A stretch of 59,440 bases of DNA from a virus (IMGVR_UViG_3300031788_000016:1-59440); one strand, 5' to 3'. Positions 1 to 9,859 are shown, counted from the stretch's first letter. The notes: generated from the sequence alone by a model not told the origin. A program made the numbers and translations.

Positions 1-390
1 TCCGCGCGCCATGCCGCCGAGGCCGAACATGGCAGCCGTCTTCATCTCGATGTAGTCGGCGGCCCAGTTGTCTTCATCGACGTCGATCTCGACTTGGGCC
101 GATGCGGTTTTCGAGCAGACGCACTTGTGCGTGGCCTTCCCGCACTCGGGGCATTCACCTCGCGCTTCGCTGCGCTTGCGGATCAGTTCCTTGTAGTCGA
201 ACGAGGCCATCTTCAGGACTTCGCTCGCCCAGAAGTCTGCCTTCTTCTTCTGGTGCTTCTTCCGCTTCTTCTCCGGCAGGTGTGAGTAGTCGGTGGCGTG
301 CGACCATTCGTCGACGTCTACTCCCTCTTTCTCTAGCTCCTTTTTGTTGCTATAGAAATAGCGCTGCTGCGCACGAGATTGGAAGGGCAT
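1..390 (-). CDS. Hypothetical virion-associated protein (3' partial; not in ORF track)
   Basis: Open frame from ATG at 390 to the window edge: MPFQSRAQQRYFYSNKKELEKEGVDVDEWSHATDYSHLPEKK...CPECGKATHKCVC...MKTAAMF. Carries K-x-A motifs like the neighbouring head proteins. Confidence 0.75.
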   Translation of the reverse strand, partial: MPFQSRAQQRYFYSNKKELEKEGVDVDEWSHATDYSHLPEKKRKKHQKKKADFWASEVLKMASFDYKELIRKRSEARGECPECGKATHKCVCSKTASAQVEIDVDEDNWAADYIEMKTAAMFGLGGMARG

Positions 391-448
391 TGGAGTAGCT
401 CCGGAACACGGAAAGTCTACCTACCGCTGTCCCACGCGCACTAGCCGC

Positions 449-478
449 TTTACAACGCCTACGCAGTCGTAGTATACC
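449..478 (+). promoter_or_regulatory. Sigma70-like promoter of the HNH gene (leaderless)
   Basis: TTTACA-N18-TATACC, with 6 nt before the GTG at 485 and no SD. Confidence 0.4.
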
Positions 479-484
479 GACACT

Positions 485-1105
485 GTGGCCACGAATATAA
501 AATATGGAACAGATCGTAAATGCCCAGTCTGCCTCGTGGATTTCAAGTCCTATGCGGCCATCACCTGTTCCCGTAAATGCATGGGGCTACTTCACGCGAA
601 GAAAAACTCTGTCATCTGTGTTTGCAAAACGTGCACAAAAGAATTCAGGATAAAACGCTCAGAAAAAGATGAGGGGCGTGGTGTATATTGTTCGTCGAAA
701 TGTTACAGAGATAGAGAACCTACCGCTTTTGATACAACTCTTGTTTTGTCTATGTGGGAGACTGGATTGAGTGCTGGGGCAATCGGGCGGAAAGTTGGCC
801 ATTCAAATGGTCAGACGGTAGCTCGCTATCTTCGTCGCATCGGAATTTTCGAAATCCGCCACGCTACAAAAGAGAAATGCCGAACGTGGAAAGGTGGAGT
901 GACGTATCGGGGCGCGACGGCAGATCGAATTCGCAAGAGAGCAGGAAACAAATGCGAACGGTGCAAATGGAACGAAGAACCTGGAGTTCTTCAAATCCAC
1001 CATGTCGACAGAAATCGTCGGCACAATGGGGATGAAAATCTTATTCTACTATGCCCGAACTGTCATGAGGTTGATCACTTCAAGGCAGGAGACGGGCGCT
1101 ACTGA
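485..1105 (+). CDS. Free-standing HNH (homing) endonuclease with N-terminal Zn-finger/HTH
   Basis: CERC...LQIHHVDRNRRHNGDENLILLCPNCH HNH core; CxxC/CS repeats; low GC; opposite orientation to the flanking genes. Confidence 0.9.
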   Translation: MATNIKYGTDRKCPVCLVDFKSYAAITCSRKCMGLLHAKKNSVICVCKTCTKEFRIKRSEKDEGRGVYCSSKCYRDREPTAFDTTLVLSMWETGLSAGAIGRKVGHSNGQTVARYLRRIGIFEIRHATKEKCRTWKGGVTYRGATADRIRKRAGNKCERCKWNEEPGVLQIHHVDRNRRHNGDENLILLCPNCHEVDHFKAGDGRY

Positions 1106-2584
1106 TCAGGCGCCGCGATCGAAGAGGCCGGCGCTGTGCAGGTTCTGCACCGTGTGGCGCCGGCCGTAATCACGGCCGACGATCTGGTGCCCGGTGACCG
1201 CTCCGAGCCCAGCGCCTGCGATCGCGCTGGGGATCTCCATGTTGGAGATCGTCTCACCGACGCCTTCGCCGCCGGGGATCATGCTCACCGCGCCGCCGAG
1301 CAGCGGGGCGCCGATGGCACCAGCCAGCCCGCCGAAGCCTGCACCGATCAGCCCGCCGCCGGCCGCTTCGAGGTTGCCGGCGAGATTGCTGGCGAAGCCC
1401 GGCCGCGCGTCATCGGCTTCCTGGCCGGTGAGTTGCGGGTTGCGGGAGATGACGTCATCGGAGCCGCCGCGCACGGGATTCAGCGAGAACGCGGCCATCT
1501 TCTCTTCGCCGAAGAAGGACGACGCCCACGGCGCCTCCTCGTCTTCGAGATCGTCGGGAGCGAAGGACGATTCCTTCGTGCGGTAATCGTGCAGCGCCTG
1601 GGCCGCTTCATCGTGGCCGCCCATGTAGGCGTTTGCGATCGAGTGCGGGATGCCGGCGGCGAGACCGAGGCCCAGGCCTGCGAGACCGCCACGTGCCGTG
1701 CGAGAGAAGAAGCCGGGGTGGGCCGCAGGATCGCTTTCGAAGCGGAAACCACGATTTCCTTGCAGCGCCTTCGAGGCCGTATCATAGGTCGAATCGCGGG
1801 CACCCTGCATGCGCTGGGCCATGTCCATCTTGGGATCGGGCGCGGCCGGCGGCGCGGTCGGCGCGAGACCCTTGCCCACCGCGGTAACGCCGGTCATCGC
1901 TGCGTCGTTCACCGCGTTCCAGGCGCGCGGCGCGATGCCGTAGCGATCGACCGCGCCGACGCCCGCACCGAGCACGCCACCGAGCGCGGCGTCGTCGAGG
2001 ATCGTCGCACCGGCGTCCCCAAGGCCGCTGCTCGTGTTGGCGCGCACCGCGTCCTGTTCTTTGGACGAGACGTTGGGGTCGTGGGTGACCTCGTCGCTGC
2101 CCATCGAATGCAGCCCCATCGCACCGCCGGTTGCGAGAACCGGCATCGGCAGGAAGCCCAACTTCTCCTCGCCGTCTTCGCGATCGAGGATGGCGTCGAG
2201 CGCATCGTCGGTGGCCGGCGCGGTGAAACGGTCGAAGAGATTGATGTAGGACATGGCGCTGACCTTGGTGGCTATTGCCAGTTTAGGGATGTCGCGGGCG
2301 AGGCCAAGCGAACGGAGCGTATCTGCGAAGCCCTGCTTCCAGGCCTCCGAGTGCTCCTGCCAGGACAGCCAGTGCTGATCTTCTGCTTGCGAGATTGCTT
2401 GGAATCCGAGGTGCTCGGCGAAGAGATGGCCGTTCTCGTATTCGTGTGCGTCTGGGCTCTTGGTGTTCTGCGTTCCGAATGGATTCGCGATCAGCGTTGC
2501 GGGATTCGAATCACCGTGAGGCGCCGGCGCATTCGTTCCGACGCGAGCGAGTGGTGCGACAGTCGAGAGCTTGAAGAAGTTCAT
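1106..2584 (-). CDS. Gly/Ala-rich virion protein with glycine-zipper segments (possible ejected internal protein)
   Basis: Start taken at ATG 2584 (TAATG overlap with the upstream stop). Several GxxxG hydrophobic stretches (GGGLIGAGFGGLAGAIG) and KLA/KLG/KMA motifs. Confidence 0.6.
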   Translation of the reverse strand: MNFFKLSTVAPLARVGTNAPAPHGDSNPATLIANPFGTQNTKSPDAHEYENGHLFAEHLGFQAISQAEDQHWLSWQEHSEAWKQGFADTLRSLGLARDIPKLAIATKVSAMSYINLFDRFTAPATDDALDAILDREDGEEKLGFLPMPVLATGGAMGLHSMGSDEVTHDPNVSSKEQDAVRANTSSGLGDAGATILDDAALGGVLGAGVGAVDRYGIAPRAWNAVNDAAMTGVTAVGKGLAPTAPPAAPDPKMDMAQRMQGARDSTYDTASKALQGNRGFRFESDPAAHPGFFSRTARGGLAGLGLGLAAGIPHSIANAYMGGHDEAAQALHDYRTKESSFAPDDLEDEEAPWASSFFGEEKMAAFSLNPVRGGSDDVISRNPQLTGQEADDARPGFASNLAGNLEAAGGGLIGAGFGGLAGAIGAPLLGGAVSMIPGGEGVGETISNMEIPSAIAGAGLGAVTGHQIVGRDYGRRHTVQNLHSAGLFDRGA

Positions 2585-3075
2585 TACCACCACTCGCCAT
2601 ATGCCGTCTGCCATGTTCCGTATTCGCTCATCACGCCCATCTGGTTGTAGGCGAGAGCGATGTTGATTGCGGTTTTCAGATCCGACTTCTGCCGTTCGTA
2701 GCGCTGCTCAAGACGCTCGATCCACCCGCTATATTCCGAGGATTTTGCATGATCGTCGCCGCTGGTGCCGCCGTCGCTGCCGGGCATGTGCTCGCGGCTG
2801 TGCCAGATACCTGCGCTCGTGAGCGCCTGGATCGCCGCGCACTGCAAGAGCAGGTATTTGTTCGGATGCGTCTTGAGCGTGATCGGCGGGATCAGCGGCG
2901 GCGACATATTCCAATCGGTGACAGCCTGCGCGATGCACATGCGCAACTCTGAATCGTTCGATTCGAATTGGCCCATGAGCAGGCGATTCAGTTCGCGTTT
3001 GTCGCGGATGAACTCGCGGAGCGAGGTCACCGCGCGCTTCATGCGTTCCGTGTCATCGATCTCGACGACGGACAC
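2584..3075 (-). CDS. Putative head-tail adaptor/head completion protein
   Basis: 163 aa, predicted helical, downstream of the capsid genes; size and position typical of gp15/gp6-like adaptors. Confidence 0.5.
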   Translation of the reverse strand: MSVVEIDDTERMKRAVTSLREFIRDKRELNRLLMGQFESNDSELRMCIAQAVTDWNMSPPLIPPITLKTHPNKYLLLQCAAIQALTSAGIWHSREHMPGSDGGTSGDDHAKSSEYSGWIERLEQRYERQKSDLKTAINIALAYNQMGVMSEYGTWQTAYGEWW

Positions 3076-3078
3076 GGA

Positions 3079-3819
3079 TCAGACCGTGGGTGCGGCGGGG
3101 GCGGCCGGCACGGTTTCGGCGACGGGCGCGACGGTGGCGGCCGGGGTCACGACCGTCTCGACCGGCGTGACGGTCGCGGCCGGGGTGACGACGGCGGGCG
3201 TGACTTCGACCACGGGCGCGGTGCTCGGGGTGGCCACGGCCGGCGCGGTCTCGACGGCGGCGGGCGGCGCCGCCGGGGGGACGACGGCGGGGGCGACGAC
3301 GGGCGCGGCGGGCGCGGCGGGCGCGGCGGCGGGGGCGGGCGCGGCCGGCGTCGCGGCGGCTGCCGCCGCGGCCTGCAACTGCGCCGGGCTGGTGCCGGCG
3401 GGCGCGGGCGGCGTGTGCTTGACGTTCTTGCCGGTCACGGGATCGAGACCGGGCGTGACCTTGGTGTCGATGGTGAGCGCGGGGCCGTCCACCTTCGGCT
3501 TGATGGCGGGGCCGGCGACCACCGCCGGGCGGCTGAGATCCGTCGAGCGCTGGAACCGCGGGGCCGCGGTGGTGGGGTTCTTGGCGACGTGGCGCGGCAG
3601 CATGACGCCGGTCGAGAGGGTCATCTCGATCGACTTGCCATTCGCGTTCTGGATCGCGGCCCAGGCGCGGCGACGGATCGCGGGGTTCATTCCCGCGAGA
3701 TCGACTTCTTTCGTCTCATTCGCCTTCAGCGTGATCACGCCGTTGAGCGATTGCGGGGCATTGATCAGGCTCTTGAGCGTGACCTTGGTGGCGGTCGTGT
3801 CGGCGCGGAGGAGAGTCAT
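3079..3819 (-). CDS. Hypothetical protein with Pro/Ala/Val/Thr-rich C-terminal tail
   Basis: Good GC3 codon bias; low-complexity PAAP/VTPA repeats. Confidence 0.75.
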   Translation of the reverse strand: MTLLRADTTATKVTLKSLINAPQSLNGVITLKANETKEVDLAGMNPAIRRRAWAAIQNANGKSIEMTLSTGVMLPRHVAKNPTTAAPRFQRSTDLSRPAVVAGPAIKPKVDGPALTIDTKVTPGLDPVTGKNVKHTPPAPAGTSPAQLQAAAAAAATPAAPAPAAAPAAPAAPVVAPAVVPPAAPPAAVETAPAVATPSTAPVVEVTPAVVTPAATVTPVETVVTPAATVAPVAETVPAAPAAPTV

Positions 3820-3950
3820 GTTTTCGCTTTCTTGAGAGGGATGGTGTCACTGTCGACCGGGCGCCGTAGGGATGCCCGAAGAAGGCGTGTCGACGGTGAC
3901 CGCAGAAGTGTAGCTCTTCGTCTTGTCAACACCAGAGACCCAGAACAAAG

Positions 3951-3978
3951 AAAACCCCGGCATTTCTGCCGGGGTTTT
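3951..3978 (-). terminator. Intrinsic terminator after major capsid gene
   Basis: AAAACCCCGGCA-GAAA-TGCCGGGGTTTT on the minus strand. Confidence 0.85.
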
Positions 3979-4032
3979 GAGACCACCAATGTCGAAGGCG
4001 AGATCAGGCGCACAACCCGAAAGTAGCTACTA

Positions 4033-4953
4033 TCAGGCCGCGAGGCTGATACGGGCCACGGCCGGGGCGTTGGCGATGGCGAGCCCGATGTACTCCCAGC
4101 TGCAGAAGCTGAGGACCTGGAACTCCTTCTTCACGCCGAACTTCGTGCTCTCCAGCACCAGGAAGCGGCCGAGGGCCTTCTCGTCGGCGAACCCGTAGAT
4201 CATCGGGTTGCCGGCGCCGTCCGTCAGCAGATCGACCTTGATCGACACGATCAGCTTGCGCCCGGCCCAGTTGAAGTACTTGTAGCCGTCGATCGTGACT
4301 TCCTTCAGGAGATCGCTGCCGAGGTCCTGGAAGTCCATGCCGAGGATGTCGTTGAAGGTCGTCACGCCCATGAGCAGCGTGGTGCACTTCAGGAACTTGC
4401 TCTCGATCAGGTTGATCAGAGTCACCACGGCGGCCTTGGTGAGCTTCTGACCGGTGCCCGAGATCACGAGGATGTTGCCCGCAGCGGCGGCAGCGGCCTC
4501 GACGTACTTGAGGAAGATCGTGTCTTCGACACGTTCCATCTCGCGCACGATGTTCTCTTCGACGATCTTGACGACCGGCTGCATGCTGGCCAGCAGTTCG
4601 ATCTCGCGCTTCTGGATGAGGTTCGAGGAGATCTCCTGGATGGGGATCTCGTAGGCCGGCGTGTTGATGTACGTGCCGTCCGGGTCGGCGCGGAAGTTGA
4701 TGACCGTCGCGGGACCGACGTCGACTTCCTTTTCGTCCACGAACACCAGCTGTTCGTGCAGGGACGAGCGCTTCAGGTCATACCGGGTGACCGTGCGGGG
4801 CGTCAGGATCTGACGCGAGAACGCGCGCTCACGCAGCTTCACCGCGATGAAGAGACCGGCGGCTTCCGCCATCTTCATGGTGTTGGGGCCACCGACTTCG
4901 CGGATGAAGGTGGTGTTGTCGTTCTTGAACAGATCGAGGTACTGGGTATCCAT
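4033..4953 (-). CDS. Major capsid protein (HK97 fold, encapsulin-like)
   Basis: 306 aa, strongly biased codons, followed by stops TGA TAG TAG and a terminator. Motifs KLRERAFSRQIL, REMERVED and CSWEYIGLAIANAPAVARI fit the HK97 fold; lies downstream of protease and scaffold-like genes. Confidence 0.85.
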   Translation of the reverse strand: MDTQYLDLFKNDNTTFIREVGGPNTMKMAEAAGLFIAVKLRERAFSRQILTPRTVTRYDLKRSSLHEQLVFVDEKEVDVGPATVINFRADPDGTYINTPAYEIPIQEISSNLIQKREIELLASMQPVVKIVEENIVREMERVEDTIFLKYVEAAAAAAGNILVISGTGQKLTKAAVVTLINLIESKFLKCTTLLMGVTTFNDILGMDFQDLGSDLLKEVTIDGYKYFNWAGRKLIVSIKVDLLTDGAGNPMIYGFADEKALGRFLVLESTKFGVKKEFQVLSFCSWEYIGLAIANAPAVARISLAA

Positions 4954-4956
4954 GAC

Positions 4957-5439
4957 TCAGACTCCCAGCGTACGGAAAGTGAGGGCGCTGGCGGAGACCG
5001 CCTCACAGGTGGCCACGCGGACGCCGCCCGCGAGGAGGATGAGACGACCGGCAGCATCCAGCTGCAGGCCGGAGCCGATCGCGATGCCGGCGGCGACGAA
5101 GCCGACCGGCTGCACGGTGGCGCGGAAGATCCCGTACATCAGGCCGACCTGACCGGACGCCATGGCGTCGGGCAGGCTGAACAGCTGCGTGGGATCGACG
5201 AGCGAACCGTCGACGTTGTAGGCCACGGCGGGGAGATCGTCCGGGACCGCGTGGGAAGGACCCCAGGTCAGATACGCGCCGCCGAGGCCGGCGCCGCTGA
5301 TGCCAGGGGGGATGGCGAGCCCGGTGGAATCCAGGATCGCCCAGCGGCCCAACCACAGCTGCACGGTGGCAGTGTTGAAGGCCACCGACCGCGTCTCGAC
5401 GTGCGAGAGCGGCGTGATGGGGATGAGGGAATTGAGCAT
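4957..5439 (-). CDS. Putative capsid decoration/cement protein
   Basis: 160 aa, Gly-rich and beta-prone, immediately upstream of the MCP. Confidence 0.6.
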   Translation of the reverse strand: MLNSLIPITPLSHVETRSVAFNTATVQLWLGRWAILDSTGLAIPPGISGAGLGGAYLTWGPSHAVPDDLPAVAYNVDGSLVDPTQLFSLPDAMASGQVGLMYGIFRATVQPVGFVAAGIAIGSGLQLDAAGRLILLAGGVRVATCEAVSASALTFRTLGV

Positions 5440-5505
5440 TGGTTTTCCTGCAACTCACGTTGCGCAGAGAGGTCGAAGAGGCGGAGACTGATTGTTCCGG
5501 CGCGC

Positions 5506-5856
5506 CTACACAGTGCGCAGGAAGGAGGTCAGCGGGTCCAGCTTGCCAGGAGTCGGAGTGGTTTGTCCTTCGGTGGGTGGAGCGCCTTCGATATCTCCGG
5601 GGGAGAGTTCGAAGAGGTCATCCGCCGCCGTCGAGCGAACCGAACCGGTCTTGATCAGCTGTCGGGCGTGCTCGAAGATGTCGGAGACATCAATGAGACC
5701 GTCCTGTGCTTGCTGTACCGCCTGAACCAGTGCTGCCGCAGTCTTGACGTCTTGCAGACGCGCGGAGTGCAGTTCTCTGATCAGACTGGCTTGCTTCTCG
5801 ATGGTCGAAGCAGCCGCAGCGATCTTGCTGGTGGCAACGATATTCTGCGTGTCCAC
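5506..5856 (-). CDS. Small head protein (scaffold-like)
   Basis: Helical; KIA, KQA, KTA, KTG motifs; C-terminal DPLTSFL. Confidence 0.6.
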   Translation of the reverse strand: MDTQNIVATSKIAAAASTIEKQASLIRELHSARLQDVKTAAALVQAVQQAQDGLIDVSDIFEHARQLIKTGSVRSTAADDLFELSPGDIEGAPPTEGQTTPTPGKLDPLTSFLRTV

Positions 5857-5864
5857 AGCGTCAA

Positions 5865-6155
5865 TCAGTTGTTGGAAGAAACGGCGCCGCTGGCGAAGAG
5901 CCGGAGCGCCGCCTTGGTGATGTAGCGAGCGGCCGAGATCTTTTCAGCACGGCGTTCCGCGCGGGCCGAGAGGATCTCGCGCAGGGAAGCGGTGACGACA
6001 CGCGCTTCCTTGTCGAGTTCCTCGACCGACTCTTGCAGCTTCTCGGCCGTCTTCTGGGTCAGCGGTTTCGCTGCTTGGATGCGGGCCTGCGCGGTCTTCA
6101 ACCGCACATCCACATTCGCGAGCAGATCGCTGAATTCCTTGTCGCGATCGAACAT
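5865..6155 (-). CDS. Small coiled-coil head protein
   Basis: 96 aa, helical, KTA motifs, coupled to the upstream gene. Confidence 0.65.
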   Translation of the reverse strand: MFDRDKEFSDLLANVDVRLKTAQARIQAAKPLTQKTAEKLQESVEELDKEARVVTASLREILSARAERRAEKISAARYITKAALRLFASGAVSSNN

Positions 6156-7003
6156 CAGGCCTCCTGCGAGGAAGCGCGCAGCTGGATTTCATCCGACCGG
6201 CGCGCGTTGAGATACCACTCGACGGCGGGCGACATCAGGCTGGCCTGCGCCGCGGCGAACTTCATCGACTCGGGCCACGTGCGGGTCTGCGCGGCGATGG
6301 CGACGAAGGCGTGCGCGGGGCCGCGGTGGTCGGCGGTCTTCTCGCTGCCGGAGAGCGCGCTCGCGACCTTGCGGCCGAGGTCTGCATCGCCGCCGTAGTA
6401 GGCGCCGGTCGCGGCGTAGAAGGCGTGGAGGTCGAGCGCGTTCGCGTCGTACGTGCCGCCGTGGAAGAGACCACGGGCATCGAATTCGGGGAGGTTGACG
6501 GCGGCGGCGGCGCGCTTCGACATCTCTTCGCCGTCCGCGGTGGACGCAGCGGTGATGATGACGGCCTGCGCGGCCTGCATCTGCTCGGGCGAGACGGAGA
6601 CGACGCCCTGGGCGAGTTCCGCCATCTTGAGCGCGTCATGCGTGCTCAGTTCGACTTGGTGCTTGGTCAAGACGGCCTGCACGGCAGCGGCGGCGGCGAT
6701 CTTGAGTTCTTCCGCGAGAGCGGCGCCGAATTCGGCACAGGTGCGGTTGTGCTTGAGGTAGTTCTCGGCGACGGTGAAGGCATCGGCGAGTTTGGCTTGG
6801 GGCGATTCATGCTCGACGCCATCGACGAGCATCTGGTTGTAGACGCTCTGCGCGATCTTGGCGAGTTCGGCGGAGACGCCGCGCGCTGCGGCGAGCTTCT
6901 CGATGTCGGCGGGATTCGGCGCGGTCACGCCATTCGCTTTCAGCGTCTCGGCGTAGAACTCTTCCAGGGTCACCGGCGCAGCTTGTTTGATGGTCGTGCT
7001 CAC
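6155..7003 (-). CDS. Ala-rich head/scaffold protein
   Basis: 282 aa with about 10 K-x-A motifs; SD AGGAG upstream. Confidence 0.7.
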   Translation of the reverse strand: MSTTIKQAAPVTLEEFYAETLKANGVTAPNPADIEKLAAARGVSAELAKIAQSVYNQMLVDGVEHESPQAKLADAFTVAENYLKHNRTCAEFGAALAEELKIAAAAAVQAVLTKHQVELSTHDALKMAELAQGVVSVSPEQMQAAQAVIITAASTADGEEMSKRAAAAVNLPEFDARGLFHGGTYDANALDLHAFYAATGAYYGGDADLGRKVASALSGSEKTADHRGPAHAFVAIAAQTRTWPESMKFAAAQASLMSPAVEWYLNARRSDEIQLRASSQEA

Positions 7004-7046
7004 GGTGAAACTCTCCTGGCGTTTTGATGATCTCTTCTACTGAAGA

Positions 7047-7074
7047 AACCCAGCCGGCTTTCGCCGGCTGGGTT
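7047..7074 (-). terminator. Terminator-like hairpin
   Basis: AACCCAGCCGGC-GAAA-GCCGGCTGGGTT followed by TCTTC on the minus strand. Confidence 0.7.
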
Positions 7075-7088
7075 CACTTCGACCTTGT

Positions 7089-8000
7089 TCAGGCCATCGA
7101 GGAGCGGGCCTTGCCCTCATCCACTTCCTGGCCGTGGTTGAGGCCGGGGTTGCCGGGCAGGGTCCAGGCGTCGACGAAGCGGAGCAGCTTCTCGTCGATG
7201 CCGGAGACGGCCTTGCGGGTGCCGGCGATCGCCTCGACCGAGCGGGTGGTGCTCTGGTTGTCGTTCTTGTCCGCGACTTCCTGCACGACGCTGGTGTTGA
7301 TGCGCGCGGCCGAGCCGAGCAGACCATCGACCAGGGCGGGCGAGGAGGTGGCGGCCTGCAGCTGTTCGGCGCGCTTCGCGATGTTCTCGACCGGGATGCC
7401 GATGCCGGCGGCGACGAGCGAGGCGGTCTTGAGCGCGCTCGCGTACTTCTCCTTGTCGCCGCTGTTGGCCGCATCCATCAGACCCCAGGCGGTCTGCTCG
7501 CCCAGGAAGCCCTGGAACAGGATCGCGCCACGGGCGCGTTCCTCGGCCGCGCGCTTCTCCAGCGCGGCGGTCTTGTTCTGCTCGGCCTTCTCGACGAACA
7601 TCGAGATCATCTGGTCGGCCTTGGCCGGATCGGCGATGTCGCCGTAGCCGTTCTTGGCGAGCCATTCCTGCGCGGCGGTCTTCTGCGCGGGCGGATCGGT
7701 GTTCTTGACGCGCGGCTTCACGCCGCCATCGGGGGTGGGCTCGGGCTGGGACGCGGTGCCCTTGCCGGCGGAGCGATCCGCGGCGAGCTTGGCGGCGGCG
7801 GCGTCGGCCACCAGCTTGTCGGCCGCCAGCTGCTCGGCGGTCTTGGCCGGGGCGGGCGCGGGCTTCGCGGCGCCGGTCTTGGACGCGGCGGGAGCCGGGG
7901 CGGGAGTGGAGGTGGGGGCGGCGGCCGGCGCGGGCTTCGCGGCGGCTTCCTTGAGGAGACCGTTTTCGGTCATGAACTGGGCGAGGGTGCGGGAAGACAT
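7089..8000 (-). CDS. Ala/Pro-rich head/scaffold protein
   Basis: Start reassigned to ATG 8000 (MSSRTLAQF) because the longer ORF overlaps the protease gene; many K-x-A motifs. Confidence 0.7.
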   Translation of the reverse strand: MSSRTLAQFMTENGLLKEAAAKPAPAAAPTSTPAPAPAASKTGAAKPAPAPAKTAEQLAADKLVADAAAAKLAADRSAGKGTASQPEPTPDGGVKPRVKNTDPPAQKTAAQEWLAKNGYGDIADPAKADQMISMFVEKAEQNKTAALEKRAAEERARGAILFQGFLGEQTAWGLMDAANSGDKEKYASALKTASLVAAGIGIPVENIAKRAEQLQAATSSPALVDGLLGSAARINTSVVQEVADKNDNQSTTRSVEAIAGTRKAVSGIDEKLLRFVDAWTLPGNPGLNHGQEVDEGKARSSMA

Positions 8001-8068
8001 GGTTTGGTACCTTGGATCAGGAGTGGAGAGGGGTTGGATGCCTGCGCTTCTCAGATGCACTCCGGTTG

Positions 8069-9484
8069 TCAGCGGCTCAACAGTTTGGTTGAGATGCCGG
8101 CATAGGCCAGATGATACATCGCGGATTTCACGCGATCGTGATCGACTGGATTTCCCGTCAGTTTGCGGAGCGCAGGGTTGAGCATCGCAGACTTGTAGAA
8201 ATGGTCGATCGTCAAAGAGCCGAGCAGTCGGCGGTAGTACGCGTAGAGGTCGGAGACGAGTTCGGGTCCAGCGATCTTGGTGGGTTCCCACCCCGAGGCC
8301 GGACCGCGCACCGCGAATCCGCTGCGTGCTGCGATCTTCTGCTCCAGCGCATGATAGAGAGGCAAGGAGAAATTGTCCAGGGAAAGCGCCGTGGGGGCAT
8401 TCACTTCGGCGTCCTTCTCGATCGCCGCAGGATTCTCCATCGTGGTCGCTTCGAGGACGAGATGCGCGAATTCGATCGGCGAGAGCACGGCGCCGGAAGC
8501 CGCCAGCGTCGAGACGATCCGGTTCAGATCGTTGCCGGTGGTATCGAGCATCGTCTTCATGTCTTCGGCCGTGAAGTCGGAAGGCGCCTCTGCGCTCTCG
8601 GCCGCGCAGCCCGGATCCGAGTCGGGATGGATCTGCCCGATCTGCATGCCGCCGTCTGCCGGCGGCATCTGCTTCTCCATTTCGGCCATCTTTGATCTCC
8701 AGTTGCGGTCCATGGAATCGTAGACGTCCTTCTCACGCCGCGGTGCGGTCATGTAGCCTCCAAATGCAGCGACCTTTCCGAGCGACAGCGCGATCGGATC
8801 GGCAGGGATGGTGACGCGGCTGATGTCGAAGAAGCGAGGCTTGATATTGTCCGCGCAGACGAGACGCCCGTCCGGCAGGATCTGATTCATCATCGTGCGC
8901 AGATGCACGCAGCGCTGATGGATGAACTGGTTGCGGTTCTGGCAGATGCGGCACTGCTCGTGGTCGATGCGGCAGCCCATCGAGACGGGGATGATGCCGC
9001 CGTTGTCGAGGATCTGCGCCGAGTCGCGGTCACGATCGACGAAGATGCGGATGATCAGTTCCACCCGATGCATCGGAGCATTCCACGCGGCCACCGGCAC
9101 GTTGCCGAAGCGCGGCGAGAAGTCCGTGTTGTCGTGGTGGTGGAAATAGTTCGCGGTCTCGAACGTCTGATAGCGCGGGATGCAGATGCCGGCGAACGGA
9201 TCGGGATTCTTCTCCGCTTCAGACGGGTCTTGAATGCCGCACAGTTCGGCTTCGCGGAAGACGTCGCCGTTGAGATTGCTGCCGAAGAAGTCGCCGTCCG
9301 ACATCGCGATCGTGTGCATGTACCGATAGCGCGGATCGGGCTGCACCTGATTGATGAATGCCTGGATCGATGGCGGGATGAACTCTTCCGGCTGGAAGAG
9401 CGCCGTCTTGATGATCGTGGAGGAGCCGCGCCCATCGAAGAGCGAGGCCACCTTCATCTCAGTATTGAGCCACTTCTCGATCAT
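8069..9484 (-). CDS. Prohead maturation protease (HK97/assemblin-like) with Zn-binding insert
   Basis: NLNGDVF, YFHHHDN (His), VSMGC (Ser), CRIC...CVH, FFDISRVTIPADP; located upstream of the scaffold-like genes and MCP. Confidence 0.75.
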   Translation of the reverse strand: MIEKWLNTEMKVASLFDGRGSSTIIKTALFQPEEFIPPSIQAFINQVQPDPRYRYMHTIAMSDGDFFGSNLNGDVFREAELCGIQDPSEAEKNPDPFAGICIPRYQTFETANYFHHHDNTDFSPRFGNVPVAAWNAPMHRVELIIRIFVDRDRDSAQILDNGGIIPVSMGCRIDHEQCRICQNRNQFIHQRCVHLRTMMNQILPDGRLVCADNIKPRFFDISRVTIPADPIALSLGKVAAFGGYMTAPRREKDVYDSMDRNWRSKMAEMEKQMPPADGGMQIGQIHPDSDPGCAAESAEAPSDFTAEDMKTMLDTTGNDLNRIVSTLAASGAVLSPIEFAHLVLEATTMENPAAIEKDAEVNAPTALSLDNFSLPLYHALEQKIAARSGFAVRGPASGWEPTKIAGPELVSDLYAYYRRLLGSLTIDHFYKSAMLNPALRKLTGNPVDHDRVKSAMYHLAYAGISTKLLSR

Positions 9485-9487
9485 GGA

Positions 9488-9859
9488 TTACATCTCGACG
9501 TTGACGACGCTCGGCGTGGTGACAGGCGGATTCGCTTTGAGCGCAGTCATCGCCGCGAGCATGCGCGCCTGCAGCGTGGTGGCCCAGCCGGCCACCTTGT
9601 ACGACGCAGCCGGATCGACGATCGCGCTCAGCCCGAAGCTGAACGGAGTTCCGCTGCGGATGTAGACCAGCTTCGGGCTGCCCGCGATCACGAACGTCTG
9701 CGGGTTGTGCATGGAGTCGGTGTAATTGATCGTGCCCGCGACGTCGACCTGGGGCTCGCCGTATGCGTCGATCAGCGCGCGCTCCACCGACGTGAGTTCG
9801 GTGGTGACGATCGCCGTCCAGAGATTGTTGATGAGCGTGGTCGTGAACGTGGCGATCAT
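9488..9859 (-). CDS. Hypothetical structural protein
   Basis: 123 aa within the operon. Confidence 0.7.
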   Translation of the reverse strand: MIATFTTTLINNLWTAIVTTELTSVERALIDAYGEPQVDVAGTINYTDSMHNPQTFVIAGSPKLVYIRSGTPFSFGLSAIVDPAASYKVAGWATTLQARMLAAMTALKANPPVTTPSVVNVEM

